IMG/VR virus record: IMGVR_UViG_3300025652_007805
Location: 1-64,000 of that record
Strand: one strand, 5' to 3'
Source of the DNA: an uncultured virus (IMG/VR IMGVR_UViG_3300025652_007805)
Taxonomy: Duplodnaviria > Heunggongvirae > Uroviricota > Caudoviricetes
Length of the DNA: 64,000 bases
The notes under the pieces are model-generated. The model was not told the origin of the DNA. It ran no database searches and saw only the letters and a list, made by a program, of their open reading frames with translations. Shown piece by piece: positions 58,248 through 64,000 of this stretch. Made by a program: the position numbers and the translations under genes. Position 1 is the first letter of the stretch; each line of letters opens with the position of its first letter.

Positions 58248-58884
58248 TTTTTCTCTTTTGAAATTTTTTCCAATCTTCTTCTGTATCAATGTCAGCATTT
58301 TCTGGTTCTGGTACTTCAAAAAAATATGGATTTTTACCAATTCTATTGCCTGTCTTTAAAAGAACATCTGGTTCAAATATATAAAAAGCCGAATTCTCTT
58401 CGTAATACTTTGGTAAATCTTGTGTTTGTTCTAATTTTAATGGATTATGATTCACAGGACAAAATCCATAATTTTCTTTTCGCCAAAATCTTGTTTGATA
58501 AACATTACAAGAAACAATAGAATCATAATCACCTATCATATTATAACATGTTTTAACAGTAGACGCAAGTAAAAAAGGAGAAGTGACATGAATTTGTGCT
58601 ATAGGGTCTTTAATATTATATTTTAATATAAAGTTTTTTATAAGATCACATACTGAAACAGTATCGCCAATTAATGTTTCTTCTCTTTTGAAAACCTCTA
58701 CATTAGACAGCCTAGGATCTTCTTTTATCCCATTATATATTTCATCACTATCAGTATCCACAAACACTCTTTCATTAGTGTATTTAAGTAATGTGTGCTT
58801 ATAGAGAGGATTATTATCAAAGGTTCTAAAATTTTTTCTTGGTACTCTCTGGGAATTATGTTTTATTGGTATAAAAACATTCAC
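58210..58884 (-). CDS. CMP-ulosonate (NeuA/KdsB family) cytidylyltransferase
   Basis: IPIKHNSQRVPRKNFR, DTDS, HVTSPF, TQDLP, ENSAFY, DIDTEEDW. Confidence 0.85.
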   Translation of the reverse strand: MNVFIPIKHNSQRVPRKNFRTFDNNPLYKHTLLKYTNERVFVDTDSDEIYNGIKEDPRLSNVEVFKREETLIGDTVSVCDLIKNFILKYNIKDPIAQIHVTSPFLLASTVKTCYNMIGDYDSIVSCNVYQTRFWRKENYGFCPVNHNPLKLEQTQDLPKYYEENSAFYIFEPDVLLKTGNRIGKNPYFFEVPEPENADIDTEEDWKKFQKRKNEKHKSLYCHIS

Positions 58885-60062
58885 TGTATTTCTTCTAAAG
58901 CCTCTTTAATAAGTTGACAACCATAATTTGCATCTTCTTCGTTTATAAAGAGATTTGGTCGGAGTCGTATAGATTTAACACCAGTTGAATTGCAAATCAT
59001 TCCTTTGTTTCGTAAAACTTTCATAAATTTATCTCTTGTCTTGCAACTTTCCATATCAAAGCCAATTATAAGACCTTGAGATCTCAGCCCTTCAATACCG
59101 CCAATCTTTGATAAAAGGCCAGTTATTTGTTTTCCTCTTTTATTTACATTTTCTAAAATATTATTCTTTTTGAAAGATTTAATAATATGCTTGCATCTTA
59201 TCATATCAATAGTATCTGAATTCCATGTTACTTCTAAACGATTAACATGTTCGCGATCAAAGATACCATTTAATTTTTCTATCGCCATTAATCCTGAAAC
59301 TTGGGTCTTTTTTCCAAATAGAACAATATCGGGGATAATATCTAAATGTTCAAAAAACCATAGTTTTCCTGTTGTTCCGAATCCAATCTGTATCTCATCA
59401 AAAATCAAAGGTACATCATATTTGTTACATAAACTCCTTATTTTGTTAAAAAAATCATGAGAATGATGAATATCACCAGCAGTACATTGAATTGGTTCAA
59501 CTATGATACAAGTAACTGGGTTTTCATTATTTGATAAATGTTGTTCAACTTGCTCTAAATCATAGTCACATTTAGTTGAGAATAGTTCTGGTAGACCTTT
59601 CAATCTAGGGAGAGAAGAAAAAAATCTATCTGTTACAAATCCTCCGTAACTATTGACACCATGAAAGCTGTTCTTAAAAGATAGGACATTTAAATTTTTA
59701 TAGTTTTTATAGTGCAAGCAAGTTTTAATGGCTGCTTCAACAGCCAAAGCACCTGTTGAACAATAATGAAAATTAGAATATATTCCCTTTCCACAATATT
59801 CAGAAAATACATTATCAAAGTCTTCTGTTTCTGATGAGATAAATTCGCAATTTGTAACTTTTATATTTGCACATTTTAATATTTCATCGTTAAATTCATC
59901 GCTTTTTAAGTCTGGGTGGTTGTATCCTAGCGGTAAAGAAGCGTACATACCAAAAAAATCTAAATAAGATTTTTTTGAATTTTTATCATAAATGTAAGAT
60001 CCTGTGCTTTTTTCAAAATCCACTTTAATATTAAAAATGCTTCCCCTTGCTACATTAGCCAT
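58881..60062 (-). CDS. Class III PLP aminotransferase (lysine-6-aminotransferase-like)
   Basis: YLDFFG, GYNHP, TGALAVEAAIK, SFHG, VEPIQ, FDEIQIGFG, FGKK; start revised to MANV at 60062. Confidence 0.88.
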   Translation of the reverse strand: MANVARGSIFNIKVDFEKSTGSYIYDKNSKKSYLDFFGMYASLPLGYNHPDLKSDEFNDEILKCANIKVTNCEFISSETEDFDNVFSEYCGKGIYSNFHYCSTGALAVEAAIKTCLHYKNYKNLNVLSFKNSFHGVNSYGGFVTDRFFSSLPRLKGLPELFSTKCDYDLEQVEQHLSNNENPVTCIIVEPIQCTAGDIHHSHDFFNKIRSLCNKYDVPLIFDEIQIGFGTTGKLWFFEHLDIIPDIVLFGKKTQVSGLMAIEKLNGIFDREHVNRLEVTWNSDTIDMIRCKHIIKSFKKNNILENVNKRGKQITGLLSKIGGIEGLRSQGLIIGFDMESCKTRDKFMKVLRNKGMICNSTGVKSIRLRPNLFINEEDANYGCQLIKEALEEIQ

Positions 60063-61194
60063 TCTTGTGTTCTCCATCTGGGTAAGTGTGAACCACGTCA
60101 TCCCTACTAACGGCTAATCTTATAGATTGTTCGTTACCTGTTCCTGTAATTTTATGATTTATTCCTTTTGGAATAAAAACAAAATCACCTTTTTTTACAA
60201 TATGAACTTCGCCATCTATTTCCCATTCCCATTGTCCTTTGAGAATATACCACCATTCGTTCCAATCTGGATGATAGTGTCTTCTGTTTCCTTGTCCTGG
60301 CATTTGAGCAATTAATGTTGCACTATTATTTTCTGTATTGATGACTCGGTGGCACCAGCTAGATTGATCATCGTTTTTTTCTAAAATTTCTTTTATATTA
60401 ACAATTTTTTGATTTGATAAATTATAGCTTGAACTCTCAACTCCATCATTAGAAAGTATTTCAGGTACATCAACTTCTGAATGTTCTTCACCATAATATC
60501 TTTTTGTAAAAATCTTATTCTTTGACAAACTTCTGGCTACAAATTCAGCCAATTGAAATTCCTCTTCATTATCAATATCTATAGTTGATAAGCCTTTTAA
60601 GGTGAAAAAATCTATTTTACCATCGCCGCCATGATAAGCGGCTCCGTATTTTTCTATATTTTTAAAATAATTATTCTTTCTCCAGCCCATTAAAGAACAA
60701 CCATATGCTTTAATGGGTTCAAGAGTTTGAGAAGGCGGTGTAATCTTTTTTTGATTAAAATTAATAGGCTTACCTTCGTACATGGATTCTATTTGAACGT
60801 CTACCATTGAAATCAATGTGTCTAAACCATCATAAACAAATTTTTTAACAAAATCTTTGATCTCTGTTGAAGATATAAAAGGAGAAGTTGGAAGAATCTG
60901 TATTACTATATCTGATTCTACATTTTTAAAAAAATCATTAGTAAATTCATCATTACTGGCCTCGTCTGAGGCGTAGTAAGCTGGTCGTTTGTAAAAATTT
61001 ACTCCCGATTCTATCGCAATTTTTTCAATTATTTCTCCATCAGAATTTACCCAAATTTCATCAAAACAATCAGCTTCTTTTACAGCATCAATGGCGTATT
61101 GAATTAATGGCTTTCCATTTAGTAATCTTATATTCTTTTTAGGTATTCTTTTACTTCCCATCCGAGCGGGTATCATAGCAACTATTTTTGACAT
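60055..61194 (-). CDS. NeuA-family cytidylyltransferase fused to cupin
   Basis: IPARMGSKRIPKKNIR, PTSPF, IDIDNEEEF; cupin HYHPDWNEWW...GD...IP.G..H. Confidence 0.85.
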   Translation of the reverse strand: MSKIVAMIPARMGSKRIPKKNIRLLNGKPLIQYAIDAVKEADCFDEIWVNSDGEIIEKIAIESGVNFYKRPAYYASDEASNDEFTNDFFKNVESDIVIQILPTSPFISSTEIKDFVKKFVYDGLDTLISMVDVQIESMYEGKPINFNQKKITPPSQTLEPIKAYGCSLMGWRKNNYFKNIEKYGAAYHGGDGKIDFFTLKGLSTIDIDNEEEFQLAEFVARSLSKNKIFTKRYYGEEHSEVDVPEILSNDGVESSSYNLSNQKIVNIKEILEKNDDQSSWCHRVINTENNSATLIAQMPGQGNRRHYHPDWNEWWYILKGQWEWEIDGEVHIVKKGDFVFIPKGINHKITGTGNEQSIRLAVSRDDVVHTYPDGEHKNG

Positions 61195-61203
61195 TTTTAA
61201 TCC

Positions 61204-63114
61204 TTATTGTGTAGTGTGGTAAATTTTCGGTAGCTTTTTAAATTTGTCTATTCTGTCTGATAGAGACTTTTCGTACAATCTTATCTTAATTTCTTCATCT
61301 AAAACAAATCTTGGATCCTTTTCTAAAACATTCTTACAATGCATAATCTGCGAGATTTGATCATGTAGCATGGTGTCAGGACCTAAGTATGTTCCATCTC
61401 TTCCTTGAGCGGCTATATAAGCAGGGTTATATTTGTCTTTCATTTCTCTAACAACACCAAAATTATAAAAATCAACACCAAAGACGGCTAGCTCCTTTAG
61501 GGGACAAGATAAAAGATGACAAAGTGCTCCATATCCAGAATTGAAATTTCCAGAATAATAAGTGTACAAATCATCTTCTACTTTTTCAATATGGGGTTTA
61601 GCATAAACTTCCCAGTATAAAGACCATCTCTCCCAAGAGCCATCTTCATTCTGTAAATGAGCAAGAGGAACTCCATAATCTTTTAAATAATCGTCGTATT
61701 CTCTCACAACTGATAACCAGTTTCCACTTCCTGGGTGTGGGACTTCTCTAGCTACAGTGTCGTTACAGATTATAAATTTTGGTTTTTCCTCAGAAGACTT
61801 GTTGTTTAAATATCTGGCTACTTTTGGACTGTATGCTGAGTTTAAGCAACTTTGAATTATGTCTGTTCTGCTTCCGAAATCTTTTGTGTCCCATATTTCT
61901 GGTTGTATTCTTACTACAATATCATAGCTGTCTATTAATTTGCCTTTTGATTTTCCAACCAGATAAGAAGCAGGGCCAACAAATGCAACTCTTTTTCCTT
62001 TTAAATATTCTATTAAATCAGGGTTTGTTTTTGCATTTTTTACAAATAAAGAAGAATTGTTTTTCATTTTTTGATATATTTCAAGACATTCATTCATTGT
62101 TATATTTCGTCTTTCAGTCAATTCATCATTAATTTTTTTACAAATCAAGGGCCAAGGGTTGTTTTTTGTTTTTAATTTTTCAAACGTGACCTCTCTTCTC
62201 AAGACCTCTTCAATATCTTTAATAAACAAGTCGTCTAATATTTCAAATTGTTTTTCAATTGGTTTTTGTTTGTTTAAGAAAAATTGATGTTCCAAGTCAA
62301 ATACTTTTTCAATCTTATCTTGTTTATAATAAATCACATCTCTAGGGGATCGTGATGGGGTTATATTTTTGTTTTTCAACAAATCAACAAAAACATTTTT
62401 TATAAATAAGCTATCTTCTAAATCTTTATCAGTTCTTTTGTGATGATTCAAAATAGCTTTCATTTTAAAAGAAGAGCTAATCCATTTCCACATCTCGTCC
62501 ATTTTATATTTAGAAAAAGCCCCGTCTTTGTTATAGATTGCCTGTGGGTCGCTGACTCCATTATCATAAATCATTTTATGACTACAAATGACATTTTTTA
62601 AAAATGGTATTTCCTGAATATTAAACATATGGCAAGAATCTACATTAACAGAGAAATCAGTGCAAAGGGGGAAAAACCATTTTATTAAAGAGTGGTGAAT
62701 GATTTTCAAACCGAAATGTGTAAACGGAATACATGAATAATCTTTACTGTTGAAGTATTCCAAATCAGTTGCATATGGTGTTTCTAAATTTGTACCAGGA
62801 TAATAAGTTAAAACAGCAGGATTCATTTCTAAATCCTCTATTATTTGTTCTAACACATTTAAATCCCTCTGTGGTCTGAATATATAATCATAATCTACCA
62901 AAGCATAATAATCATATTTTTTCTCAACCATTTCAATCAATAAGTTTCTAGTTTCAGCCCACATTGTGTTTGGACAATGTTTCATGGCTTCAGGGTTTTC
63001 TTTATCATGTGTTACAAAATAAAAATCACAATCTTCTTTATTTTTGAAATAAGAGACATGATCTTGGTTCGGATCAGACGGAGTAACCTGTAATACGCAT
63101 AATCTTTTATTCAC
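61204..63114 (-). CDS. Two-domain glycosyltransferase-like protein with C-terminal GT29/sialyltransferase-like domain
   Basis: N-terminal WAETRN...YYALVDYD (DxD); C-terminal KRVAFVGPA...GKLIDSYDIVVRI...DFGSRTD, NSG, FGVDFY. Confidence 0.6.
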   Translation of the reverse strand: MNKRLCVLQVTPSDPNQDHVSYFKNKEDCDFYFVTHDKENPEAMKHCPNTMWAETRNLLIEMVEKKYDYYALVDYDYIFRPQRDLNVLEQIIEDLEMNPAVLTYYPGTNLETPYATDLEYFNSKDYSCIPFTHFGLKIIHHSLIKWFFPLCTDFSVNVDSCHMFNIQEIPFLKNVICSHKMIYDNGVSDPQAIYNKDGAFSKYKMDEMWKWISSSFKMKAILNHHKRTDKDLEDSLFIKNVFVDLLKNKNITPSRSPRDVIYYKQDKIEKVFDLEHQFFLNKQKPIEKQFEILDDLFIKDIEEVLRREVTFEKLKTKNNPWPLICKKINDELTERRNITMNECLEIYQKMKNNSSLFVKNAKTNPDLIEYLKGKRVAFVGPASYLVGKSKGKLIDSYDIVVRIQPEIWDTKDFGSRTDIIQSCLNSAYSPKVARYLNNKSSEEKPKFIICNDTVAREVPHPGSGNWLSVVREYDDYLKDYGVPLAHLQNEDGSWERWSLYWEVYAKPHIEKVEDDLYTYYSGNFNSGYGALCHLLSCPLKELAVFGVDFYNFGVVREMKDKYNPAYIAAQGRDGTYLGPDTMLHDQISQIMHCKNVLEKDPRFVLDEEIKIRLYEKSLSDRIDKFKKLPKIYHTTQ

Positions 63115-64000
63115 TATAATATTCCTTTTGTATCTGAGTTTTTATTATACCAAATGTCGTACCACTTTATTGTCTCAGTTAATCCATTTAATAAATTTGT
63201 TTTTGGAGAGTAATTTATTTGTTTTCTAAGTTTTGTCAAGTCAGGACATCTTCTTTCTACGCTCCCGTTTGGTGCTCTTCTTATATCATAAAGACCTTCT
63301 AAATTATAGTAATTGTTTACTATTTCTGCAACTTCTGATATTTTGACTTCTTCTTCATCATTTCCAATATGAAAAATGCCATTAATGTTTTTTGTAGATA
63401 ACAAATATGTAGCCTCAACAGCGTCTTCTACATAACAGAAAGCTCTTGTCTGGTCAGATCCATAAATTTTAAATGGCTGTTCTCCATCTTTTGCTCTTTT
63501 TATAAATTGTGGCATAACATGCTTAGTACCCATTCTTGGCCCATACACATTATGATACCTTATTATTTGATAATCTAATGAATACTGCTTGTGGTAGCTA
63601 TTAATCATTATCTCGCATGCTAGTTTGCTACCTCCATAGGAAAATCTTTCATTTAAAACATTCTCTATTGTACATGAAATATTTTCCCCTGTGGGGATTA
63701 AATTATCATTGTTTTTAATTGTTCCAGCATATACTTCAGATGACGAGGAAAATACAAATTTTGTTTTTTTATTTAAATGTTCCAACAAATTCATTGTGCT
63801 CTTTAAAGCAACTTCAAAAACAGAATAAGGAATTTTATAAAAATTTTCAGTTCCATTTATTGCTGCTAGGTGATAAACAACATCATAATCAGTATCTAAT
63901 TTAGACATTTCACTTTTGACTGTTAAATCCATTTTGATAAATTTAACATTGTATTCTTCAATCAAAGAAGAGATAAACTCATCATTTCTTCCTCTTAAAT
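63114..64000 (-). CDS. NAD-dependent epimerase/dehydratase (5' end beyond window)
   Basis: Frame open to the window edge; HLAAING, FSSSSEVY, YGGSK, RYHNVYGPRMG, QTRAFCYV. Confidence 0.85.
   Translation of the reverse strand, partial: LRGRNDEFISSLIEEYNVKFIKMDLTVKSEMSKLDTDYDVVYHLAAINGTENFYKIPYSVFEVALKSTMNLLEHLNKKTKFVFSSSSEVYAGTIKNNDNLIPTGENISCTIENVLNERFSYGGSKLACEIMINSYHKQYSLDYQIIRYHNVYGPRMGTKHVMPQFIKRAKDGEQPFKIYGSDQTRAFCYVEDAVEATYLLSTKNINGIFHIGNDEEEVKISEVAEIVNNYYNLEGLYDIRRAPNGSVERRCPDLTKLRKQINYSPKTNLLNGLTETIKWYDIWYNKNSDTKGIL

Noticed and set aside
611..63904. All plus-strand ORFs in the track and the short nested minus-strand ORFs (e.g. 4784..5176, 8247..8558, 32915..33265, 51570..51869)
   Set aside because: They lie wholly within or antisense to well-supported minus-strand genes, have shadow-ORF composition and show no family motifs
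1..64000. Alternative genetic code (stop-codon reassignment), as seen in some jumbo phages
   Set aside because: Conserved genes are full length in code 11, and TAA, TAG and TGA all end genes at sensible positions
1..64000. CRISPR arrays, tRNAs, introns, inteins, DGR or retron elements
   Set aside because: Intergenic gaps are too short; no spaced repeats, cloverleafs, reverse transcriptase or homing endonuclease seen; TerL, portal and primase cores show no insertions

Overview
This 64 kb window is a segment of a large, T4-like-morphogenesis (myovirus-type, probably jumbo) bacteriophage genome. Essentially every real gene is on the minus strand, tightly packed, in the standard genetic code. 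In transcription order (high to low coordinates) it contains: (1) an AT-rich sugar-nucleotide/glycosylation island (epimerases, two CMP-ulosonate cytidylyltransferases, class III aminotransferase, HpcH aldolase, SIS-HAD fusion, TylF methyltransferase, GT29/sialyltransferase-like fusion); (2) a phage sigma factor; (3) a long baseplate/tail block (amidase-bearing protein, 2300-aa protein, gp25-like, gp6-like, LamG-type proteins); (4) a replication/recombination insert (RuvC-like resolvase, primase, ATP-dependent PEP carboxykinase, Mre11-Rad50 fusion); (5) small membrane genes (candidate lysis cassette); (6) the head module (TerL, gp20 portal, gp21 prohead protease) with a phage-encoded ribosomal protein bS21. 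The most notable unexplained patterns are: shared N-terminal leaders on unrelated small proteins, including a 36-aa ORF that is little more than the leader (candidate capsid-targeting/cargo system); selective [S/T]-G-S enrichment in virion proteins next to a glycosylation island (candidate virion glycosylation system); a two-tier promoter architecture (sigma70 consensus versus a CTA(T/A)TTA motif); and an unannotated 19-aa Cys-Cys peptide. All calls come from motif reading by eye; no database searches were run.
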